NCBI GenBank assembly: GCA_963663165.1 | Contig: OY760175.1 | Location: 1,184,001 to 1,248,000 of the forward strand | DNA: 64,000 nucleotides | Direction: 5' to 3' | From: an uncultured Desulfospira sp. | Lineage (GTDB): Bacteria > Desulfobacterota > Desulfobacteria > Desulfobacterales > Desulfobacteraceae | Part shown: positions 19,564-29,500 of the stretch, piece after piece | Position numbering within the stretch: position 1 is the stretch's first letter | Layout of the letters: every line of letters begins with the position of its first letter | The notes under the pieces: generated by a model | The model's database searches: none | What the model was told of the DNA's origin: nothing | Seen by the model: the letters and a program-made list of their open reading frames with translations, nothing else | Made by a program: the position numbers and the translations under genes

Positions 19564-19799
19564 CTTAAAATCCGAAACAGGGAACCATAGGTATGATTCT
19601 GGCGTATCTTTTCAAAAAAATAATCATTATTTAAGATTGAATAGCGATTTTACCCAGCACCTTATTCGATATATATATCAATTTAGCTTCCGGAATTACA
19701 GTGATTTTAAAAGAAAAAATATCCGTATAACAATTCATGCCTTCAAAAAGCCGGTCCAATTCTTTCTTAGGGCTGTACCTTCGCTGCTCTTGAAATGGG

Positions 19800-19848
19800 T
19801 TGGCTGAAATCAGCCAATATTGGCTGCAAAAGTAGTGCAAATTAGCCA
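19800..19848. promoter_or_regulatory. Candidate enhancer sites for a sigma-54 activator
   Basis: Palindrome ttggctg-aaat-cagccaa plus a second tggct...agcca pair, 50-100 bp upstream of the -24/-12 element. Confidence 0.5.
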
Positions 19849-19900
19849 CCTTTGACGACAAATAATATTCGTAAGCGTTTATTTATCTAATACAACACGT

Positions 19901-19916
19901 TGGAACACCTTTTGCA
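19901..19916 (+). promoter_or_regulatory. Sigma-54 (-24/-12) promoter
   Basis: TGGAACACCTTTTGCA has exact GG-N10-GC spacing; about 190 bp upstream of 20104. Confidence 0.75.
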
Positions 19917-20103
19917 AGATTTCTATCCATTATGAATTTAGTGATCATGAAATCTACAGCCCTAAAGGCGATGGCGAAATCCAGACCTGGCCGGAAAACC
20001 GTATTGATGGCAGCCAAGGACAAACAAAGAATATTGGTTGGGGGTATCGAATATTACGGTACTCAGCCAAATTTTCATTAAAAATAAAAAATAGAGGAAT
20101 GAT

Positions 20104-23100
20104 ATGAGACAGACACTCCATATTATAAAAACATTGGTGGTTGTCCTTATAATTTCATTATATTCAATACCAACCGCCTTTTCAGGCGATAGTGTCTGCG
20201 CCCGGGTGAAGATCGAAATAGAGCAGGAGATCGCCCTGGAGCGCCAGGCTTTTGATGCTCATATGCGCATCACCAACGGGCTGACCCATGTTTCCCTGGA
20301 AAATGTGGAAATAGAAGTTTCTTTTTCAGATGAGGAAGGCAACAATGTCGTGGCTTCCTCTGACCCGGACAATTCAGATGCCCTGTTTTTCATCCGTATT
20401 GATACCATGAGCGGGATAGATGATGTAAGCGGTGGCGGCGTGGTAGGTCCGGATACCGTGGCCGACATTCACTGGCTGATCATTCCGGCCCAGGGGGCCA
20501 GTGACGGCCTGGAGCAGGGAACCCTTTATTATGTGGGAGCCCACCTTATTTATACTATTGGCGGCGAAGAACATATTACCATGGTCTCTCCCGACTATAT
20601 TTTTGTCAAGCCCATGCCTGATTTAGTTTTGGATTATTTTATTCCCAATGATGTATACGGCGATGATCCGTTTACCAGTGAAATAGAAGAGGCGGTTCCG
20701 TTTTCTTTAGGAGTCAGGGTAAGCAACACCGGTCAAGGCACAGCCAAATCCCTTAAAATAGAATCAGCCCAGCCCAAGATCGTGGAAAATGAGCAAGGGT
20801 TATTGATCAACTTCTTCATCCAAGGTAGTGAGGTAAATGGTCAGGAGGAAACCCCAGGACTGTTGGTGGATTTCGGTGACCTTGAGCCTGCTAAAGCTGG
20901 AACGGCAAGGTGGACAATGACTTGCTCTCTTTATGGAAAATTTGTAGAATTTTCGGCCGAACTGACCCATTCAGACGAGCTGGGCGGGGAACTGACCTCT
21001 CTTATTTCAGCTTATAATACCCATTTTTTGGTTCGCGACGTACTGGTGGACCTGCCCGGCCGGGACGGAATCAGGGATTTCCTGGCCTTAGAGGGTGAAG
21101 AGTATACTGTTTACGAGTCTGATAATATAGACACCCAGGTTACGGACCAGAGCGCATTGGCCAATATGATACAAATCGGAACCAACGGCACCCAAAGCAT
21201 TTACACCCTCACCGTTCCAGTTACGGATGGGCCTATGGTCGTCCGGCTTGACGACCCCCTGTCCGGCACAAAAGAAATCCTGTCCGCAATCCGTTCAGAC
21301 GGCAAAGCGATCTCCATGGATAATGTCTGGCTCTACAAGACCCGGACAACGGACAATCCATGGCAATTTTATTTTTATTTATTTGATGTGAATACCCCAG
21401 GGACCTATACCATTGTGTTTGAAAATTCGTCAATCCTGGCCAAAGCTCCGGTACTGCAGTATATACCGGATCGGCAGCGGGGCGAGGAAGAACAGCTGTC
21501 CTTTATTGTCGAAGCCAGTGATCCCAACGGTTCGGTTCCCTCACTTTCAACTTCATCCCTTCCGCCAGGGGCCATTTTTGTAGACAACGGCGACGGCACA
21601 GGATTATTTGATTGGATTCCCATAGAAGGCCAGGCCGGATCTTATCCCGTAAAATTTACGGCCTCCGACGGTATCCTGACAGATTCCCAGACCACCATCA
21701 TAAAAATTTGTCCCATCAACGACTCAGACTGTGACGGAATGGACGACCAATGGGAACTGGACAACTTCGGCAGCCTGGACCGGGACGGCACCGATGATTA
21801 TGATGGAGACGGTATTTCTGATCTGAATGAGTACCTGAACGGAACAGATCCCACAGGAACCGAAAATGCGCCCAGTGTTCCCGTCATCAATTCTCCTGAG
21901 ATTAATGAAATCGTATCTCTTCTCCAGCCTGAGTTGTCTGTCCTTTGCAGCACCGATGCAGATGGAGACATCCTGACCTATGAATTTGAGCTTTTTTCGG
22001 ATGCCGGATATACCACGTTGGTGGCAGGTGAAAGCGGCGTGCCGGAATCAGGCAGCATTGTCCTCTGGACAGTACCGGAAGAACTTGTTGAAAACAAGAC
22101 CTACTATTGGCGCGCCAGGGCTTTTGACGGAGTTGCTTATACCCTCTGGACCCATGGCAGGTTTCTTGTCAGCCAGACCAATGAACCGCCTATTCCTTTT
22201 GATCTTTTAACCCCGAAAGATTCAATGACTGTGGACTCCGTCCGTCCGACTCTTTTTTCAGGTTATAGTAACGACCCTGAAGATGATTCTTTGACATATA
22301 TGTTCTCAATTTATTCTGACCAGGCCCTGACCCAACAGGTGGCATCAGGGCCGGGGGAAGCAGACAAAGAAACCGGAATGGTCTCATGGCAGGTAAATGA
22401 AGACCTGACAGACGCAACCTTGTATTTTTGGCAGGTAACGGTTGAGGATTCTTCCCAAAACACCGAATCCAGTGAGATTTTTTCTTTTACAGTACAGACC
22501 GCCAACCATACGCCATCAGCTCCTGAAATACTGTTTCCATCAGCCTGCAGCCAGGTCGAAACAGTTGATCCGGTGCTGACCATTGTTTCTGTTACTGACC
22601 CTGACGGTGACAGTGTTGAATACGATTTCCAGATTGATGTTTCAAAAAATTTTAACTCAGAAAACTTAATTACATCCGGCCCGGATCAGATCATAATTTC
22701 CAATGAAAAGGTGCAATGGCATCTTCAGGGCCTCCAGGATGACACTGTATATTATTGGCGGATAAGATCAAAAGACAGCGTTTCTACGAGCAAATGGGCT
22801 TGCAATCGTTTTTTCGTAAACACATACAATAATTCCCCTGAAACACCAGTTGTTAAAAATCCGGGGAATTTATCGTGGGTGGACAGGTTAACCCCCGAAC
22901 TGTCACTTCATCCTGCCGAAGAACCGGATAATGATAGTATTGAGATAATAGTCCAATTATACACTGACAATAACCTTAACAACCTTGTGTTTGAGGGTTC
23001 TTCACAGGGGTCGGTTTTAACGGTTTCCAATGAACTCGAAGATGCCACTTGGTATTACTGGAGAGCCAGGCTGGTAGATGAACATGGTGTACCGGGCTCG

Positions 23101-25179
23101 TGGAGCGAGACTAAAGCATTTTTTGTTAAAGAAAATACACAGAATGAGTCTCCCAACATCAATGTTTATGAAGATGCGGAAGACGGTACCACCAGTGGCT
23201 GGGATATCTACGCAAACGACCCTGAGGGAGCCATAATTTCCAATGTTTACGATGCCCTCAAAGAAAGCCGGGTCATCGAATTTACAGGTTCGGGCACATC
23301 CAATGGATACTGGCTTGGAAATGATGATTTCAGTGATTGGAATGACGAGCAATTCAAGGTCATAGAATGGTCCATGTGCTATGCCGAAGACTTTGTAATT
23401 CATGTTGTCGTACAAACCAGGGACGGTTTCAGGTACCTCAAGTATACCACTGATGAAATCGATGACCTTGGTGATGGGACTTATATCCATCACGGTCTTG
23501 GCAGCTTTGCAACAGACGGCAACTGGCATACCCTTGTCAGGGACCTTGAATATGATCTTAAAGAAGCGCAACCGAACAATGAGCTGGAAGCGGTTCTTGG
23601 TTTTCTTATTCGCGGCAGCGGGAAGGTGGATGATATTAAAACCATTGGTGCTATTCCCGAGTCCCTTGATTCAGATGGAGACGACCTTACAGACCTTGAA
23701 GAAATAAACATATACGGCACCCATCCATACCATGCAGATAGCGATGGTGATGCCCTGACCGACGAAGAGGAACTTAATTATTGGGATTCTGACTGGAATG
23801 AAGATATAGACGGCGATGGAAAAATTAATCTGCTGGATGATGACTCAGACGATGATGGTTATTCAGACGGTTATGAGCTGGTTGCCGGGTCAGACCCCGG
23901 TGACGGGTTTAGTTTTCCTGATTCATTTGTTTACGAAGATGCGGAAGACGGTACCACCAGTGGCTGGGATATCTACGCAAACGACCCTGAGGGAGCCATA
24001 ATTTCCAATGTTTACGATGCCCTCAAAGAAAGCCGGGTCATCGAATTTACAGGTTCGGGCACATCCAATGGATACTGGCTTGGAAATGATGATTTCAGTG
24101 ATTGGAATGACGAGCAATTCAAGGTCATAGAATGGTCCATGTGCTATGCCGAAGACTTTGTTATTCATGTTGCCGTACAGACCAGGGACGGTTTCAGGTA
24201 CCTCAAATATACCACTGATGAAATCGATGACCTTGGTGATGGGACTTATATCCATCACGGTCTTGGCAGCTTGGCAACAGACGGCAACTGGCATACCCTT
24301 GTCAGGGACCTTGAATATGATCTTAAAGAAGCGCAACCGAACAATGAGCTGGAAGCGGTTCTTGGTTTTCTTATTCGCGGCAGCGGGAAGGTGGATGATA
24401 TTAAAACCATTGGTGCTATTCCCGAGTTCCTTGATTCAGATGGAGACGACCTTACAGACCTTGAAGAAATAAACATATACGGCACCCATCCATACCATGC
24501 AGATAGCGATGGTGATGCCCTGACCGACGAAGAGGAACTTAATTATTGGGATTCTGACTGGAATGAAGATATAGACGGCGATGGAAAAATTAATCTGCTG
24601 GATGATGACTCAGACGATGATGGTTATTCAGACGGTTATGAGCTGGTTGCCGGGTCAGACCCCGGTGACGGGTTTAATTTTCCTGATTCATTTGTTTACG
24701 AAGATGCGGAAGACGGTACCACCAGTGGCTGGGATATCTACGCAAACGACCCTGAGGGAGCCATAATTTCCAATGTTTACGATGCCCTCAAAGAAAGCCG
24801 GGTCATCGAATTTACAGGTTCGGGCACATCCAATGGATACTGGCTTGGAAATGATGATTTCAGTGATTGGAATGACGAGCAATTCAAGGTCATAGAATGG
24901 TCCATGTGCTATGCCGAAGACTTTGTAATTCATGTTGTCGTACAAACCAGGGACGGTTTCAGGTACCTCAAGTATACCACTGATGAAACCGATGACCTTG
25001 GCGACGGGACATATATCCATCACGGTCTTGGCAGCTTGGCAACAGACGGCAACTGGCATACCCTTGTCAGGGATCTTGAATATGATCTTAAAGAAGCGCA
25101 ACCGAACAATGAGCTGGAAGCGGTTCTTGGTTTTCTTATTCGCGGCAGCGGGAAGGTGGATGATATCATTTTAAAATGA
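20104..25179 (+). CDS. Large secreted multidomain surface protein (Ig/cadherin-like, FN3-like, Asp-rich TSP3-like Ca-binding repeats, three C-terminal repeats)
   Basis: RBS AGAGGA, Sec signal, DSDGDxLxDxEE/DxDGDG repeats, YYWR-type FN3-like repeats. Confidence 0.85.
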   Translation: MRQTLHIIKTLVVVLIISLYSIPTAFSGDSVCARVKIEIEQEIALERQAFDAHMRITNGLTHVSLENVEIEVSFSDEEGNNVVASSDPDNSDALFFIRIDTMSGIDDVSGGGVVGPDTVADIHWLIIPAQGASDGLEQGTLYYVGAHLIYTIGGEEHITMVSPDYIFVKPMPDLVLDYFIPNDVYGDDPFTSEIEEAVPFSLGVRVSNTGQGTAKSLKIESAQPKIVENEQGLLINFFIQGSEVNGQEETPGLLVDFGDLEPAKAGTARWTMTCSLYGKFVEFSAELTHSDELGGELTSLISAYNTHFLVRDVLVDLPGRDGIRDFLALEGEEYTVYESDNIDTQVTDQSALANMIQIGTNGTQSIYTLTVPVTDGPMVVRLDDPLSGTKEILSAIRSDGKAISMDNVWLYKTRTTDNPWQFYFYLFDVNTPGTYTIVFENSSILAKAPVLQYIPDRQRGEEEQLSFIVEASDPNGSVPSLSTSSLPPGAIFVDNGDGTGLFDWIPIEGQAGSYPVKFTASDGILTDSQTTIIKICPINDSDCDGMDDQWELDNFGSLDRDGTDDYDGDGISDLNEYLNGTDPTGTENAPSVPVINSPEINEIVSLLQPELSVLCSTDADGDILTYEFELFSDAGYTTLVAGESGVPESGSIVLWTVPEELVENKTYYWRARAFDGVAYTLWTHGRFLVSQTNEPPIPFDLLTPKDSMTVDSVRPTLFSGYSNDPEDDSLTYMFSIYSDQALTQQVASGPGEADKETGMVSWQVNEDLTDATLYFWQVTVEDSSQNTESSEIFSFTVQTANHTPSAPEILFPSACSQVETVDPVLTIVSVTDPDGDSVEYDFQIDVSKNFNSENLITSGPDQIIISNEKVQWHLQGLQDDTVYYWRIRSKDSVSTSKWACNRFFVNTYNNSPETPVVKNPGNLSWVDRLTPELSLHPAEEPDNDSIEIIVQLYTDNNLNNLVFEGSSQGSVLTVSNELEDATWYYWRARLVDEHGVPGSWSETKAFFVKENTQNESPNINVYEDAEDGTTSGWDIYANDPEGAIISNVYDALKESRVIEFTGSGTSNGYWLGNDDFSDWNDEQFKVIEWSMCYAEDFVIHVVVQTRDGFRYLKYTTDEIDDLGDGTYIHHGLGSFATDGNWHTLVRDLEYDLKEAQPNNELEAVLGFLIRGSGKVDDIKTIGAIPESLDSDGDDLTDLEEINIYGTHPYHADSDGDALTDEEELNYWDSDWNEDIDGDGKINLLDDDSDDDGYSDGYELVAGSDPGDGFSFPDSFVYEDAEDGTTSGWDIYANDPEGAIISNVYDALKESRVIEFTGSGTSNGYWLGNDDFSDWNDEQFKVIEWSMCYAEDFVIHVAVQTRDGFRYLKYTTDEIDDLGDGTYIHHGLGSLATDGNWHTLVRDLEYDLKEAQPNNELEAVLGFLIRGSGKVDDIKTIGAIPEFLDSDGDDLTDLEEINIYGTHPYHADSDGDALTDEEELNYWDSDWNEDIDGDGKINLLDDDSDDDGYSDGYELVAGSDPGDGFNFPDSFVYEDAEDGTTSGWDIYANDPEGAIISNVYDALKESRVIEFTGSGTSNGYWLGNDDFSDWNDEQFKVIEWSMCYAEDFVIHVVVQTRDGFRYLKYTTDETDDLGDGTYIHHGLGSLATDGNWHTLVRDLEYDLKEAQPNNELEAVLGFLIRGSGKVDDIILK
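23164..25166 (+). repeat. 765-bp near-identical tandem repeat, two full units plus one partial
   Basis: Units start gtttaYgaagatgcgg at 23164, 23929, 24694. Confidence 0.95.
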
Positions 25180-25209
25180 TAGACATCAAATACTGGTTTT
25201 ACCTTATTA

Positions 25210-25264
25210 GTGCCTTACTCTTCAGTTGGTTCTAAAGAAAAAAAGAAAATGGAGAGTAAGGTAC
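25210..25264 (+). terminator. Stem-loop after the surface protein gene
   Basis: gtgccttactc ... gagtaaggtac inverted repeat with large loop and no clear U-tract. Confidence 0.35.
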
Positions 25265-25486
25265 ATGGGTTTCGGATTTCCTGTTTTGTTCCTAAAATAT
25301 TTGATTTAATGGAATAAAAATGGCAAGATAGGAAATACACTCAACAATCTGAAAAAAATACAGGACCAGCTAAAGCTCGGCTCAGGATGAATTGTGATTG
25401 GAATGGCGAAATTTCGATGCCGGATTTCGTATGCCTGATATCATAAAATAGTCCACAATCCTTAAAAATAAAAACCGGAACTAATT

Positions 25487-25513
25487 AAAAAAAAAGGGGG
25501 GGGGGGGGGGGGG
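25487..25513 (+). repeat. A9-G18 homopolymer tract at the RBS position of the transglutaminase gene
   Basis: 18 G (25496-25513) end 4 nt before ATG 25518. Confidence 0.9.
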
Positions 25514-25517
25514 AGAA

Positions 25518-26480
25518 ATGCATCGCCTAACTTTAATAAAAATAGGTTTTTTCTCGGTAATCGGGCTTTCAGGTGTATTTCTATTATTGCCGGTATTAGA
25601 CTTGAGTAAACAAAAAACTGATACCGGCCGTTATTCCATCCCAAGGCAGGTCCGCTATTCTTTTACCCTAAAAAACACCTTTGGCAAATTAATCCAAAAC
25701 GCAGATCTTTGGGCTTATGGACCGGTAAAACAGACCCCTGCTCAAAAATGCATCAGTATTAAAGCGTCTCATCCCTATAAACTGATTGAAGACGAGTCAG
25801 GCAATCAGATTCTTCATTTTGTTTTAGAAAAATTGCCCCCCTATGCTAACCGGACCATTTCCATTGAGGCGGACTTAATGATGGCAGATTCGCCGAATCC
25901 CACCGGGCCTGAGAACTTACAACCCTTTATAAATCCCTCAAAATTTATTGAATGTGATGATGCAAAGGTTATAGAGTTGGCCGAAACACTCAAATCAACC
26001 AGTCCTGAAAAGACAACCGAAAACATATATCATTGGGTATCAAATCATATAACTTATACCGGTTTTTCAGGAAAAGACCGGGGAGCGCTTTATGCCCTTA
26101 AAAATAAAAAAGGGGATTGCACTGAATATACCTACCTGTATGCAGCCTTGTGCCGGGCCAATGCTATCCCGGTCCGGTGTGTCGGTGGATATATCTGCAC
26201 ACAAAATGAAATATTAAGTCCCGCTGGGTACCACAACTGGGCTGAAATTTTTGACAACAGCACCTGGCAACCCGTGGATCCCCAAAGACAGATGTTCAGG
26301 AAAAACGCTTCCTGGTTTGTTGCCATGCGGATTTTTGGAAATGATACAACAAATCCCATGGGAGAATACCACCGTTTTCGGTTCAAAGGAGACGGCCTGA
26401 AAGTGAAAATGGCAGGGACCCAACGCTGGAAAAAAAGCAATCCCCTGAAAAACGAAAAAAAATCCCCCATCTGTTCCTGA
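25518..26480 (+). CDS. Transglutaminase-like (TGc) domain protein with N-terminal membrane anchor/signal
   Basis: GDCTEY, YHNWAE and WQPVDP give a Cys-His-Asp triad. Confidence 0.9.
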   Translation: MHRLTLIKIGFFSVIGLSGVFLLLPVLDLSKQKTDTGRYSIPRQVRYSFTLKNTFGKLIQNADLWAYGPVKQTPAQKCISIKASHPYKLIEDESGNQILHFVLEKLPPYANRTISIEADLMMADSPNPTGPENLQPFINPSKFIECDDAKVIELAETLKSTSPEKTTENIYHWVSNHITYTGFSGKDRGALYALKNKKGDCTEYTYLYAALCRANAIPVRCVGGYICTQNEILSPAGYHNWAEIFDNSTWQPVDPQRQMFRKNASWFVAMRIFGNDTTNPMGEYHRFRFKGDGLKVKMAGTQRWKKSNPLKNEKKSPICS

Positions 26481-26507
26481 AAAATTATTGGGAATAAGGA
26501 GATAAAT

Positions 26508-29500
26508 ATGTGTTTCACAGGCCCTGCCGGAAATAATCATCATCAATCAATTACCATAAATAAAAAATTAAACCGGATATTTAGTCTATTGGTTATCGCA
26601 GCAACAGCTGTTTTATTGTCCTTTTCCAATGCAGGTGCTGTTTCAGGTGTATTGAACTCTGATGAGACCTGGACCGGCAACGTCATAGTTACTGGAGATA
26701 TAACGGTTGGGGAAGGCGTTACGCTTACCATTGCTCCCGGGACCGTGGTTAAATTCAAAGCACATGCCGATGATACGGCCGACGGGAATGATGCGTCGAT
26801 ATCTGAATTAATTGTTAAAGGTTCCCTGATAGCAAACGGCACTGAAGATAGTCCTATTCTGTTCACTTCGGATGCATCAATCGGTTCAGCAGGGGACTGG
26901 GGCGGAATATATGGAAAATGGAACCAGGCCGGTGAGAATATTTTTCAATTTCAGCATTGTGAAATTGGATACTCCACCGTTGGTGTGAGTTTTGAATACA
27001 CTCAAGGCATAAATGAACTTATTATTAACGGCTGCAGTATTCATGATCAAACTTATGACGCAGTTCGGACCTATTATTCTGAGGAGTTCAAAGGCGGCAC
27101 CGTTATTAACACTCAGCTTGAAATATCAGTAGATAATAACAAAATAAAAAATGCAGGCGGGTACGGGATATGGACCAATGACTACGCGGGTCTTTCAAAG
27201 ATAACAGGTAATACGATTCAAAATGCGGGTAATGCCGGCATTTACGTTGAAGCGAATACCGCTCTCGAAACGGATAATTCTCTTGATATAAGTGGCAATA
27301 TTATTTCGTTAACCAATTATTTTGGTATATGCATAAAAGGTCTGAACAATCTTCTGTTCATACAGATAAACAACAATGAACTGTATAATATAACAGGCAC
27401 ACAAAATCACCATGCCGGCATTTATTTTCAAGATTATTCCGGCCTGAATAACAAGACTGTTCGAATTACCGGAAACCAGGTTCATGACAATACCGGTGCC
27501 TGTGGAATATTCATATGGGGTTCCGGATCGAATACTGATGTCAGTATTGCCTTGAACAAAATTTACGGTAACGGCCTGGAGGGGATCTACTACACAGCCA
27601 GCAGCAGCGAGACGGCTGTAATCTTGTACAACGACATCCACAACAACGGTTCAGACGGTTTGTTCATTAATTCTGAAGCGGATGCTGTGGTTAACTTTAA
27701 TAACATTACAGATAACGGGGATGCCGGTTATGCTGTCCGCAATAACAGCACCAATACGGTTGACGCCCGGTTTAACTGGTGGGGAGCTTTGGTAACCCAA
27801 GAGATCAATGCAGGTGGCAACCCCAAGAATATCACCAGAATCTATGATACATATGATGAACGTTCCAAGGGCAAGGTAGACTACTCGGGCTGGCTGAGTC
27901 AGGCGGTGATACAGCCCACAGAGCTGGTTTCTAAGATTACATCCCCCATGGATAATGACCGGGTAAAGGCCACCGAACTGGTTATTCTGGGAGTCGCAGT
28001 TGCATCGGCCGGCGTGAAACAGGTGGAAATCAACCTGAATGACGGCACCGGCTGGCACGGGGCAAGCGGAACCGAAAACTGGTCTTACTCCTGGAGCGAT
28101 CCCGGCGACGGGACTTATACATTATTGACCCGTGTGACCGACAACCAGGGCATTGTGGAAACACCCGGGACAGGTGTGGTCGTAATCATAGACAGTACTC
28201 TTCCCACCACATCCGGCACCCTTACCACAGATGAAATCTGGTCCGGCACTATAACGCTGACAGGGGATGTAACCATACCTGACGGCGTGACCCTGACCAT
28301 TCAGCCCGGCACCACGGTTCAATGTGCCGCACTGAGTGACGATCAGGCTGGCGGCAGCGATACCTCCCGCATAGAAATCCTGGTAAACGGCAGTTTAAAC
28401 GTCCCGGGGATTGAGGGGTCTCCCATTGTGTTTACCTCGGATTCAGGCAATCCGACGTCAGGAGACTGGGCCGGAATCCGCCTGGCGTCTGAATCCGGCA
28501 ATCCAAATTTTACCATGAGCTATTGCACGGTAAGCTATTGCACAACGGCGATATATTATGAAAGCAGCGGGGATTCAGCAACCGTTGAAATAACCGGCAG
28601 CAAATTTGAGCACCTCTCCGGTAACGGACTGCACTTTTACGGAAACAGCAGCACCAACCTGGAAATTTTCGTGAATAATAATACGATAGCAGATGCCGGT
28701 GGCTACGGGATACAGTCCAACGATTATGGAAGCAATTCAAAGATAACGGGCAATACAATTCAAAATACGGGCAATGCCGGCATTTATATTCAGGAGAATA
28801 TCAGTCCGGAAACTGAAAGCAGACTTGAGATAAGCGGCAACACTATTTCGTATGCTATGGATCACGGTATGTACATAAAAACCCTTGCCAACGCCAGGTA
28901 TATACAAATTAAAAATAATGAAGTGTCTGATATAACCGGTACAGCATATAATCGTGCCGGCATTTATTTGTATGATAGTTTTGACAGCAGCAAAGTGATT
29001 AGTGTCAACGGGAACCAAGTGCATGACAATACCGATGCCTGTGGAATATTTATCATGAGTCATGGTTCGAGTACTGATGTCGATATTGCCCTAAACGAAA
29101 TATACGGCAATAGTATGGAGGGGATTGTCTGGGGAACAGTCTCCAGTAGCGAACCAGCGGAGATCTTTTACAATGATGTTCATGACAACGGTTGGGACGG
29201 TTTGTTTATATATTCCAAAGGCGGTGCGATTGTTAACTATAACAACTTCACCGGTAATGGTGCCGGGTGTTATGCTGTCCAAAATGATGGCGGTATCCCT
29301 GTTGATGCCAGGTTCAACTGGTGGGGGGCCGTAGTAACCGAAGAAATTAAAACTGGCGGCAATCCCAAAGACATAAGCCGGATTTATGATACATATGATG
29401 ATAGCTCCAGAGGCACGGTAGACTATTCGGGATGGATGGACGAAGCCATAATTACCCCTACTGAGCCCTTTTCCTGGATCATATCTCCCCAAAACGATTC

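Noticed and set aside
19940..20020. Cyclic dinucleotide (GEMM-type) riboswitch in the operon leader
   Set aside because: Only vague partial resemblance; the conserved GYAAA..GAAA..GCAAA core is not evident; needs an Infernal/Rfam scan
23164..25176. Diversity-generating retroelement TR/VR pair
   Set aside because: In-frame tandem repeats with few differences, not clearly adenine-specific; no reverse transcriptase in the window
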